Assembly (NCBI GenBank): GCA_965644315.1
Contig: CBFFRQ010000068.1
Coordinates: 930,001-994,000, forward strand
DNA from: Caecitellus pseudoparvulus
Taxonomy: Eukaryota > Protista > Bigyra: Bicosoecida
Direction of reading: 5' to 3'
Length of the DNA stretch: 64,000 nt
Part shown: positions 1-10,396 of the stretch, in pieces
Layout of the letters: each line of letters begins with the position of its first letter
Numbering within the stretch: the first letter of the stretch is position 1
Translations under genes and position numbers: made by a program
Notes under the pieces: generated by a model
Told to the model about the DNA's origin: nothing
Seen by the model: only the letters and a program-made list of their open reading frames with translations
The model's database searches: none

Positions 1-2175
1 CCGGCGCCGCCTCCCGACTCTACGTCCACAGGCAGCACCACGTGCCCCAGCTGCCCCTGCCCCGCCGCCCCCCAGGCCCAGGCGGAGAAGGTGGAGCCGG
101 GCGCCGTCGGCACACCCCGGCGAGGCCGCACCCCCGGCCCGTCCATGTCCGTGCTGCCGCTGCTGACGCGAGACACGGAGGAGGGGCGACTGGTCGGCCC
201 GTCCCCCGCCACTGCCACTGTGTGTGCGGCGCCACAGGCCAGCGTCACAACCCTCTCCCCCAGGCGCTCTACATGCGTGGGCACGTGGCGGTCCCGCATG
301 TCCCCTGTGCCCAGGGCGCCAGTTCCGTTCCACCCCCACGTGAACAGGCGGCCGGACAGCCCGACAGCCCCCGCGTGGTAGTGCCCCGCAGCGAGGGACA
401 CGATGCTTTCGCCCTGGCGCACGAGGCCGCGGAGCAGCTTGAAGGTGGTGGACATGGCGGGGGGCTGGGAGGCGGGGGTGTCCGTGCCCAACACCCCCCC
501 CACGTTGGTGCCAGCAGTGTACAGGCAGCCGCCCTCGTCCAACACCAGCGTGAAGGTCGCGCCAGCCGCCCCAGACACGACGAAGGCGGGGGTGTCTGGC
601 AGGTCCTCTGCCAGTGTCCCTGGCTCCGCGTCCTCGTCCATGCCCAGCGCTGAGCTGCGCTGCCCCAGCAAGCTGTGCCGGTGCAGGGAGAGGGTGGAGG
701 AGGCACGCCGGCGGCCAGGCAGGGGGGACCGGGTGCCCACACTGTCCCCCCGCGACAAACCACTGCCCATGGAGCCGGGGGGGGACAGGGGCCCACCCCC
801 GGACGCGGCAGGGGACATCAGGGGCGACGCTGGTGCGGGCGTCCCACCCTCCGCCGGGTGGGTGCTGTGAACCTGCTGCACGATGGTGGGGCGCAGGCGG
901 TCCCGGCAGTCCCCATGTCCCAGCTGCCCATGCGCATTGCTGCCCCAGGTGAGCAGGGCACCTTGCTCGGAGACCCCCAGGGAGTGCCGTGTCCCAGCAG
1001 CCACGAAGGTGAACCGGATGGGAGCGGGCGCCTGCGCCCCCCCACCTCCCGGCCGCACCAGCATGACAGGCTTGGAGCAGTCGGCCGTAGAGCCAGTGCC
1101 CAGGCGCCCCGCGCCGCCCTTGCCCCAGGCGAAGGCTTCCCCCGTCTCAGACAGTGCCAGACTATGCTCTGCTCCACACGCCACCTGGCGGATAGCCTTG
1201 CCCAGCAGCTTGTTCACGATGCGGGGCAGGGCTTGGGCGGGCCGGCCACAGTCGTGCAGCGTGGCTGGGCCATCATACGCAAGGGCAGGGTGCCCGTGGC
1301 CAGCCTGCCCCCACCCCGCCCCGCCAGCGGACAGCACATCACACCGCTTGCGAATGCCCCTTCGCAGGGTCTGGTTCAGGTCCCCGCCGGGGTCTGACGT
1401 CACTGCCGCCTGGATGGAGCCGGCCGAGTCACTCTGCAGGCTCAGTGCCACTGCCAGGCGGTCTGTGACGGCCCCTGCAGCAGCCTCCACTGACGCCGCG
1501 GCAGCCGTGTCCCCGCCTGCGAAATGTGAGCCGGCCTGGGCGATGCGGCGGCGGTGGCGGGCCATTTGCAGCAGTTGCTCCCGCCGCGCCACCAACTGGG
1601 CGGTGGGCGGTGGGCCCTGGACCAGGAATGCCAGGCCCCGCACCCACACCTCGAACTCTCGCCGGTCCTTGGCCACCAGGTCAAGGGAGCGGCAGGGGGA
1701 GCCCAGCGTGGGTGGGGCGGAAGGGCTGGGGGATGGGCCGGTGGCGGCGTCCGTGTACAGGAGGGAGAAGGAGAGTTTGTCCAGGGATGCCCGGCCGTTC
1801 TTGCGGAACACCTCTGTGTGTTGCCCCTTCACGAGGGTGGCGGAGCAGAGGAGAACTGCGCAGGTGCAGGGCGAGGCACTGCAGGCATCCCATGGCGCAC
1901 TGGCCGGGCAGCCCCACACGCACTGCGACGGTCTGACTCGGCCTTCTTGTTGGAGAACCAGCTCAAGAAGCGGCAGTCAGGGCTCAAGGTCAGCATGCTG
2001 CGAGGTTCGGTGGGGGGAGTGAGTGGGGGCGTGTTTGTGAGAGCCTCCCCATGCCACACCACGCCACGCACCGGAAGTGGGGGGCGCCAGAGCGCCCGAA
2101 CTTCAGCAGTGGCTCGCCCTGTTGCATGGCATCAATGGAAATCCATGGCGTCTCTGCTGCCCGCGCACTGTCCAT
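1..2175 (-). CDS. PH domain + RCC1-repeat protein (PRAF/RLD-like), 3' end outside the window; introns at 1998-2071 and 1856-1923
   Basis: Absent from the ORF track because it has no stop in the window. Manual minus-strand translation after removing two GT-AG introns gives MDSARAAETPWISIDAMQQGEPLLKFGRSGAPHFR/MLTLSPDCRFLSWFSNKK...LSFSLLY...RSLDLVAKDRREFEVWVRGL (PLC/PRAF-type PH domain). RCC1 repeats follow, e.g. FVAAGTRHSLGVSEQGALLTWGSNAHGQLGHGD at about 1015-910. Confidence 0.88.
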
Positions 2176-2548
2176 GCCGCGTGCATGGGAGCGCCAAGGT
2201 GGCGAGTGTGTGGCAGGGCGAGTCCTGGCCTGCAATGCACGCAATGCACAAGCCCGGGCCGCGTGTGTCGCTGAAATCGACAAGGTTTAGGTAAGGAATA
2301 ATAGCCGGAGGCTAAAGCATGTTCACTTCGAACCTCGCCTGCAGCATCTCGCGTGAAGAAGTGAAGTGGGCGCCTGCGGGTTGTTGTGCCTGCGGAAATC
2401 GGTCTGCACACTGGGCTTCAGCCCAAAGTCCACACACTCGGCGTGCGAAGCAGCCCGGCACGAAAAGCGTGCCAGCATTGTCAGGCTAAGCGGCACTCCC
2501 ACTGCTAGTCACTGGCAGCGCTGTGTCCCCTTTCCCTACCAGTGCAGC

Positions 2549-4553
2549 ATGGCAGCGGCAGCTTCAGCAGCGTGAGCAAGCAGCGGTGCCCCTCTGGACG
2601 GCGGGCACGGCGCACCCGATGCCCCCACAACACCCTCCCTGCCCAGGCCAAAGCGCATGCTAGTCATTGACAACGTGGCGCCTGCCACGCGCCTGTTGGA
2701 GAAGCGCAGGCAAATGATCGAGGTGAGGAAGCCTGTCCACCGACTCCAGGTCGTGCAGCTGCACTGGTCTGAACTTGGCGCTGTACGCCTATTTCGTGCG
2801 CTTTGCAGGTACAAGAGGCGCTCGCCGCTCAGAAGGAAGAGTTTGCTCGGCGAGAGGTGCGTTTCAACTGCCTCCCTCCTCTGACCCGCGCCTGCCGCCC
2901 GCCTTCCCTGCCCAAGCGCCACGCGCTGGTGTTGCGTCTCGTGATGCAGGAAGCCTTTCGGCGGCGCGAGGAGTCGTTGCGGCGCAAGGACCTGGACTTG
3001 CAGACGACCCTCATTCACTTCAACAAAACCGTGACAGTGTGTGCACGCCGCCTGCCCTGTCCCCGCTGAGGGCCACGCGCTAATGCCCGAGCTGCCGTGA
3101 CGCTTCGCAGCACAACGAGGCCAAGCGACTGCGAGCAGAGAACAGGGAGTTACAGGAGCAAAAGGCGTGCCTGGACTTGGAGGAGACTGCGGCTGCCCTG
3201 GCGTACAAGCTGGCGGAGCAGGAGGCAGTGCGGGAGGACCAGCAGTTGACCATGGCGCGTTTTGCGCGTTTCAATGCCTTCATGCAGGAGGTGCAGGCAG
3301 CTTCCCCAGAGGAGTACTCGGACATCCCTGCCATTGAGCACCGCTTCAGCACCCTGCAAGCAGCTATTTCTTCTGCTGAGTCAGAGATGGCGCAGCAAAA
3401 GGCTGAGATGGCAGCCGAGACCGCGCGCCTGGGCCGCCTGCGGGGGGACTTGGAGCGGTACAAGATCGACTTGCAGAACGACTTCGACCTGCTCAAGCAG
3501 CAGTACGACTTGACGAAGGAGCGTTCTGACGAGATGCTGCGCGCGGCAGACTCGGCGTCCAGCGACAAGGGCCAGAAACTGAAGGTGTTTGGGCAGGTCT
3601 TGCAGACAGTGCAGCACCAGTTCAACCGCTGCACAGGGTCCTCCCACCAGCACATCATCAAGCACCGGCCACGGGCCATCCCAGACGCAGACCTCGTGGC
3701 CAACCGCTGCCGCCTTGTGGACCGGAAGCAGCGTTTGGAGCGGGCGGCAGCTGCTGTGGCCGCCGCTGAGGCCACCCCCATCACCGCCTTGGTGGGGGGG
3801 GGTGCGGGTGTAGGCAGCACCGCCCCCTCCCACGGCCGGCGGCGCGGCGGCAAGGGCAGGGCAAGCAAGGCTGGCCGTGCCGCACCCAGCGCCACCCAGC
3901 CGCCTGCAGCGGCCACGTTGGCGGGGGGGCAGGCAGGCCCGGGCAGCAGCCCCAGCAGGGGCAGTCCCCCTGCAGCCGACGCTGGCAGTGCTGTGCTGCA
4001 GGAGTTGCTGGACTTGGGGCGGCGCCACGCGCGGGGGACGGGTGGCGGCCTGAGCGAGGAGGAGCTGGAGCGCCTGGAGGCGTTCACGCACCTGAAGGCG
4101 GATGTGGTGCAGGCCATGCAGCAGCTGGAGGTGGTGGGGGCGTACCTGGTGGACCTGCAGCGCATCGTGGGGGACTGGGAGGGCGGCGAGCGGGACACCT
4201 GGGCCCAGGGCCGCAGGGAGGGCGCAGCGACGGGCGCCGCCCCCGTCGCCGCCCATGCAGGCGCTGGGACTGACCCCCCCCTCCCATCGCACGCCGGTGC
4301 GCCACCGCCGGGCGCCGCCCTGTCCCATGGCAGTGGGCGGGCAGGGGCGGCGTCCCTGTCTCGGTCAGGTGCTAGGGGGGGGCGGGGTGACGCAAGTGAC
4401 TCTCGGCGCCAGGGGGGGGCACCTGCTCGAGGCGGCAGCGGCACACAGGAGTGGCGCTTGCGTCCCCAGGCCGGGGTGGGGGATAGCTCGGGGGGTTTCG
4501 TGAGCGGCACTTCGGCGGGGGTGTCGGGCAGCTCCAGCGCTCTGCGGCGGTGA
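2549..4553 (+). CDS. CFAP73: Cilia/flagella-associated protein CFAP73/CCDC42 family (DUF4200); introns 2572-2646, 2723-2808, 2857-2949, 3037-3110
   Basis: The spliced product contains LLEKRRQMIEVQEALAAQKEEFARREEAFRRREESLRRKDLDLQTTLIHFNK...NEAKRLRAE, the typical CFAP73/CCDC42 coiled coil. All four introns are GT-AG and keep the frame into ORF 3177-4553. Confidence 0.82.
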
Positions 4554-4656
4554 CGCCCAGACACATAATGTATTGCAGCCGTGCCTCTCGCGACACAGTC
4601 TCACACACTCACACACCCATGTATTTTGCGGGGCAGGGCACCGAAGAGCGGGGTGG

Positions 4657-6189
4657 TCAGGGGGAGGCCCCCTGAGGGACGCCCCCCCCCGGCGCATCCA
4701 GCAGCGACAGCGCCTCATCCAGCTCCAGCAAGCCGTCGTCGTTGGCGTCGAACATGTCGTACAGCAGCTTCATCTCGTCATCGGAGGGCTCCCGCCCCGT
4801 GGCTGCCGCCTGCAGGCGCTTGAACTGGTCCCGGGACACCGCCATGTCGCCACCCTGCCCCGCCTCAGCCTTGCGCCGCATGATGCGCAGGGTGGATGCG
4901 GCGTCCTGCATGTTGCCTTCGATGCCGATGATGAAATCTTGCAAGCGGTGGTACTGGCGGCTCGTGGGGCTGCTGCGGGCGATGGCGCGGGAGAGGCCCC
5001 AGAACACCAGGCAGCCGGCCAGGGCGGAGCCGGCAGTGATGGGCCAGAACAGACCCTGCGCCTCCTCCAGCCCCGAGGTGAGGTTCATGCCGAAAACTCC
5101 CGCGATGGCGGTGGGCAGGGCGATGCTGAACCCCGCGATGGTGAGCTGCAGCTCCCTGTGGATGAGGTGGTTGCGGTAGGCGCTCAGCTGCAGCTGCACC
5201 AGGCTGCGCTTGTTGTCGGTGGACCGCACCAGCTGCTCCGCCCCCTGCAGTGTCTCCGCCAGCAGGCTGTGGTAGTTCTCCAGCAGCAGCTCCAGGCGGT
5301 CCAAGTCCCCCTGCTTCGCGCCACCGGTGGTGGACTTGGCCGTCAGGCACGCCTCGGCCATGTCCCGGGGGTTGTTCAGCAACGCCTCCACGGCAGCCAG
5401 CATGGACTGGGACATGGACACGAAGTGCTGCAGGGTGCTGCTGAGGGGGAAGAGCTGGTACAGCGCGTCAGCAAGCTGCTCAGGGGCGGAGTTGCCCAGG
5501 CGCTGGATCAAGCGCTCCACGATGGGGCGCACGTAGAACACCCGCCGTGCGTACTTGCGCTGCAGGGCCCGCACACACTCCTCCAGCACGATGTGCTCAA
5601 AGGGCAGCCCATCATCCTTACAAGCGTGAGAGGACACCGCTTCCACGACGCGAGTGACGACGCCCTCCACCCCTCGATTCTCAGGGAACAAAAAGTACAC
5701 TTTGGTGCTGAAAACTATTGCGCGAATGCGGCCCAGTCGCTGCGAGGAGCGAGTGGAGGGGGTGCTGGAGGCGCAGGGAAACGCGTGCGAAACGACCCGC
5801 TCACGCACGAGGAGCAGTGCCTTCTCACGGGGCAGGATGGAGAACTGCGGGATGGCACTGGACTGTAGCAACAGAATCATGTCACGGCCGTGGATACCGG
5901 CTTCCTTCTTCAGCTCCGCCCAGTCCAGCTCCCGGGACACGGAGCCTTGCCGAGATACCTGCACTGCGCCTATGGGCGACTGGTGTGGCGCCGCCCTGGA
6001 GCTGGGGGCCCGGGTCCTGCCTAGCGAGCTGCTGCACATAGACGCAGTGCATGGTAGCGACACAGCAGGTGCACTTGCCAGTGCCTGCAGCCCACTAGTC
6101 ACCGCAGCTGCCGGATGAAATGCTCCGCGACGCGGTACGAGCCATGCCTGTGCCGAGCGGGGCGCCCGAGTCAACCAACGCAACGCCAT
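4657..6189 (-). CDS. MRS2: Mitochondrial MRS2/CorA-family Mg2+ transporter with C-terminal EF-hand; in-frame intron 5740-5808
   Basis: N-terminal Arg/Ala-rich presequence, LPFEHIVLE, LELLLENY, RNHLIHRELQLT and the GMN motif (VFGMNL) with two TM helices. EF-hand loop DANDDGLLELDE. Removing the 69-nt GT-AG intron restores LLL/RLGRIRAIV. Confidence 0.9.
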   Translation of the reverse strand: MALRWLTRAPRSAQAWLVPRRGAFHPAAAVTSGLQALASAPAVSLPCTASMCSSSLGRTRAPSSRAAPHQSPIGAVQVSRQGSVSRELDWAELKKEAGIHGRDMILLLQSSAIPQFSILPREKALLLVRERVVSHAFPCASSTPSTRSSQRLGRIRAIVFSTKVYFLFPENRGVEGVVTRVVEAVSSHACKDDGLPFEHIVLEECVRALQRKYARRVFYVRPIVERLIQRLGNSAPEQLADALYQLFPLSSTLQHFVSMSQSMLAAVEALLNNPRDMAEACLTAKSTTGGAKQGDLDRLELLLENYHSLLAETLQGAEQLVRSTDNKRSLVQLQLSAYRNHLIHRELQLTIAGFSIALPTAIAGVFGMNLTSGLEEAQGLFWPITAGSALAGCLVFWGLSRAIARSSPTSRQYHRLQDFIIGIEGNMQDAASTLRIMRRKAEAGQGGDMAVSRDQFKRLQAAATGREPSDDEMKLLYDMFDANDDGLLELDEALSLLDAPGGGVPQGASP

Positions 6190-6553
6190 GCACCTGTCAG
6201 GTTACTGTGCACCAGTTGATCGGCCTTCCGAGGGAAAAACAGCAGAGCGAGGGAAGGCATGCAGTTGTGCGGCGTTTTACACTCATCGCTGGACTGCAAC
6301 AGCAACTCTGCCAAAGCAGCGCCAGCGGGGGCGGTTCAAAACCCTGCGCACAAGGTAAAACCTGCATGAAGGTCTGGCTTATTCACGTCACCAGGTGGGC
6401 AGTGCGCTTAGGGAAGGCTACCGGCGTCAAGTCTGTGTCGAGTGTGGCTGAGTGACTGTTCGGTCAGCGTGGTTCAAGGCGGAACCTACCCTTGAATTGC
6501 TCTCCTGACCCACCAGGTCCCAACCCAGGACAGCCTCACCACCGACGCCAGTC

Positions 6554-8487
6554 ATGGCAAACTTGCTGCTGACCACGGCTGCGTACGTGCTGGGTGTGGT
6601 GTACCTGTTGGCGTGCTTGGTCGCCTTGGTGCAGCTGGTGCGCATTCACTACGTGGCCAAGTCCTGGACGAGTCAGAAGGTCTTGCATGCAGTGATTGCA
6701 GCGACTGCTTTGGGTGCGTGCCGCCCGGTGTGCTCTGGCGAGCGCTGTGAGGCCGCCTGCGTGCCCTGGCGCACTGCCGCACTGCCACACGTGAAATCTC
6801 CGCAGTGCGCTGCACCTTCTTCTTTGACACGCTGAACTGGCGGGGAGTGTACTTTTTCGTCATGGTATCCCCTGCCGAGAAGTCGGAGTATGTCTACATC
6901 TTGAATGAGCTGCCAGGGGTGCTGTTCTTCGCGGCTTTCAGCGTGCTGGTCATGCAATGGTACGCCCAGCGAAACGCCGTGAAACGCCGTGCCCCACTGC
7001 ACCTCCTCCTGCTCGCACCCCGCGCCACGCTCAGGATGGACACCCACTTCAGAGCCGAAAGACAACTGCACCACTTCACGTCCCGCGCCCGACCTGCCCT
7101 GCTGGGCGCTAACGTGGCTGTTTTCCTGCTGCAGGTTGTGGTGTGGATTCTGTACCTCAACACCCCGCACGTGGATTCCACCGTGTGGACACTTGTCTCC
7201 GCCTTCCTCCACGCGGCAGCCTTCATCGCCGTCACAGCATGGCTCCTTGTGTACGGTGTAGCAGCCGTGCACCTCGTGCAGCGCACCACAGTGCGCCTTG
7301 CCCTGCGCCAGCGCAAGTTGCGTGAGGTGCAGCTGACCCTCGGCGTCAGCGCCGCTTTGCTCTGCCTCCGCGTCGCGGTGCTGGCCGTGGCAGCAGGCCT
7401 GTCCGTGGCCCATCCAGACCTCCTGGACCGCCAAGTGGACACGGTTGAGGCGGCGGTGATGGCGTCGTATTACTTGCTCACGGAGGTCGCGCCCATCGCC
7501 CTCCTGCTCGTGTACCAGCGGCACCTGCCCCCCACCGCGCCGGCACAGACGGCTGCAGGTGGCTACCAGGTGCTCAAGGGCCGTGCAGACCACCAGCTCA
7601 TCAGCCCCGACACGTCAGCTGCCCTGCGGCCCAGTTTCAACCCTGACCACTTCCTCCTCAGCACCCCTGCACGCAGCAAGCGGCCAGCGCAGGAGACCCT
7701 GCTGTCCCCGGGTGCCACCACGCCGAGCTATGGCTCCACCTCCTCCACGCCACGTGCCATCCCCCCACGGGGTGTGGAGCCCCGGACACCGCCCCCTCCC
7801 AGCCCCCGGTCCACTCCCTCCTCCTTCGTCGCCGACTCAGCAGCCATGGGGTCTGCAGAGACCACTCGAGCTGTGCGAATGTTCGGCAATGTGCCCACTG
7901 CCACACACGTGTCCTCCTCCTCTGGGCGTCTGTCCATGACGGTGCACGAGGGCGGGGGGCAGGCTCGGGGGCGCCTTGATCGCCCCCGCTCTGGCTCTGG
8001 CGCCCTCCCCAGTGTCGCGGCTGCCTTGGCCAACCGGGACTCAGACTTGTCCGATGCCTTCAGTCCCTCTCGCACCGTGTCTTGGACCGCATCTGGGCGT
8101 GTCCTGCTCAGTTGGAAGGACGCGCCGGCGCAGCACCCCAGGCGGGATTGGCGGGCTGGCGGCTGGCTGGGAAGCGCAATCGCCTCCACTCTGAGCGCTG
8201 CCTTCCAGCCGGCTGCCCCAGCAGCACACATTCGCCAAGGGTCAGGCACCATCAACAGTCCGCCTGTGCCTCGGGCTGCCAGCGACCCCGTCCCCATCGG
8301 TGGTGCAGGCAGGCTGGCAGCTCGCTCACCTGCGCTTGCTGCAGTGCACGTGCAGAGCGGCCGAGCGCCACGGCTGGGCGCCGGAGCGCCAAACACGCCC
8401 GCCAGCGTCACAGGGGTTTCTCTACAGGACATCACTTCCATGCGGGACCGTGCAGCAGCCCACGAGTCCGGGGCTGCCGGAGTCTAG
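6554..8487 (+). CDS. Multi-pass membrane protein, THH1/TOM1/TOM3 (GPR137-like) family; introns 6714-6805 and 6960-7034
   Basis: Motifs LVQLVRIHY...WTSQKVLH...VRCTFF, LNELPGVLFFAAFSVLVMQW and YYLLTEVAP; about 7 hydrophobic segments and a long low-complexity C-terminal tail. Confidence 0.8.
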
Positions 8488-8919
8488 GGGCATGTGTGCT
8501 TCCCTGACGTCAGGTGCACTGCACTTCGCGCCGCCGTGTCGCAGGTGTGGCCAAGAGGGCCCCTGTGCGCTGCGCGCATTCCCTTGCACCCTCCAATAAT
8601 CCAACGCGTTTCGTGCCCTACCAAGCCCTTGCAACACTCACCGTGCCCCGCCTGAGCGTCGGCCGTGAAGGAGCCTGCGGCTGCAAACTGCAGCTTCCCT
8701 TGCAGGCTGTGATTCGCCCGCATCTCCGCCCCATACCTTCCCTCCCCAGCCAGCACAATGGCCATGGTGCGTAACATATTCGAACTCTGCCGTGAGCAGC
8801 TGTCCTCGAAGCTGGGACCATCGTTCCTGCAAGCATGAGGCGCGCTGCGCACTCGCTTCCACCTTCTGTTTCCGCAGTCCACGTTGACACGCTCAGCCAC
8901 CCGCACTGCAGCTGCGGGC

Positions 8920-9869
8920 ATGGCAGCCGCCAGCCGAGTGGCACCGAGGCTGCTTTCGGTGCGTCCATGCGTGCGCCTGGCCCCACCCCGTGCTCTCTTG
9001 CGCCGCGGCAACCCACGCCACGCCTGCCCCTTCCTTCGCAGCGAGCTCTCAGCGGCTCCCCTGTCGTCCAAGTGGAGCGGCCATCGGTGCAGGAGTACGT
9101 CATGGGGCAGTCCCCCCAGCACAGCAACGCTGGCGCTGACATGAGCCCCGACGAGGCCTTGGCCCTACTGCAGGAGGGCAACCGCATGCACCAGGAGGGA
9201 GACCTGGAAGGCCTGCTCCTGGACCGCATCGGGCCCCAGCTCACGCCCAAGCGCCGGGAGGAGTTGCTGTCGGGCCAGTCGCCCTTGGCCACCGTGCTCA
9301 CGTGCGCCGACAGCCGCGTGTCCCCGGAAGTCATGTTCGGCGCCGGCCTGGGCACTATTTTCGTCGTCCGCAACGCCGGCAACATCGTCTCCACTGAGGC
9401 CCTGGCATCGTTGGAGTTCGGCTGCATTGTGCTCAAGACGCCCCTGCTGGTGGTGATGGGGCACCAAGGCTGTGCCGCCGTCGCGAACACCGTCATTTCC
9501 GTGCAGGAGGCAGGGCTGGCGCGCGCCAACGAGGTGCTGCAGCTGGGCGGCTCCGCCGCTGACATGTCCGTGGGCCCGGACACCCTGCCCAAGTACGTGC
9601 ACGACGTGGTGGGGCGCATCACGCCGGCGGCGGTGGACGCCATCCAGGGTGCCGCCAAGGACGCCACGACGGACGACGTCGTGGAGGATGCCATCATCCG
9701 CAACGCAGACTTGAGCCTGCGCCGCATCCTGCACATGTCATCCGCCATCTCCGACAAGCTGCGCCAGCAGCCCGGCAAGGGGTTCAAGGCCGTCACGGCC
9801 AAGTACTCCCAGACCACCGGCGGCGTCACATTCTTCCCCCAGCTCCCTGAGCTCAGCGAGTTTCGGTGA
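8920..9869 (+). CDS. Beta-class carbonic anhydrase, probably mitochondrial; intron 8959-9041
   Basis: Zinc-binding motifs CADSRV and HQGC, plus IFVVRNAGN. Splicing from ATG 8920 gives a presequence-like N-terminus MAAASRVAPRLLSRALSGS. Confidence 0.92.
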
Positions 9870-9967
9870 ACAGAGCTCCATTCCTGTGCACGCACACGTG
9901 CCCGGCTAGGCCAAGCAATGCACACAGCCGCACGTCTGGCGTTTCGTCGTTTCACCCAAGCCACGTC

Positions 9968-10396
9968 ATGGACCTTACTCTAGCTCGCAACGGAAGGGGG
10001 CTCTTCCTGCTCCTCATCCTGCACGGCGTGGCTGTTTTTCTCTTCTTTCTGCTTGCCCACCGCAGCCAGTCCTTCTGGCATGGCTGCTGCCCTGGGCTTG
10101 TGCAGCAAGTCAAGGATTGGGCCAACTGGATTGGTCGCATGTGCGGCGGACACAAGGGGCCTTGCCTGGCTGCATTGGGCATGGCCCTGCTGCTGACGCC
10201 CCCCATCCTGTACACACTTGCAGTTCTGTACTGCACACTGCATGGGGACATGTGGCAGCAGCTGTGGCTGGCACTGGCTGGCGTCTGCTCTGGCGTCGTT
10301 GTGGGCGGGCCAGCCCACTCCTTGCTGGTGTGGCCCATCTTCGAAGCCAGCAGCACGGGGCAGGGCCCCCTTGGGCGCCACATCAAAGCTGCCTGA
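9968..10396 (+). CDS. Putative small membrane protein (142 aa, about 3 hydrophobic segments)
   Basis: ATG-started ORF with three hydrophobic stretches filling an otherwise unusually large convergent gap. No family recognised. Its last 14 nt overlap the end of the opposite-strand gene. Confidence 0.4.
   Translation: MDLTLARNGRGLFLLLILHGVAVFLFFLLAHRSQSFWHGCCPGLVQQVKDWANWIGRMCGGHKGPCLAALGMALLLTPPILYTLAVLYCTLHGDMWQQLWLALAGVCSGVVVGGPAHSLLVWPIFEASSTGQGPLGRHIKAA

Noticed and set aside
6971-6990. Short tandem duplications (gaaacgccgt x2 here; DAGAW duplication near 41869-41900)
   Set aside because: Ordinary slippage-scale duplications with no terminal repeats or transposase.
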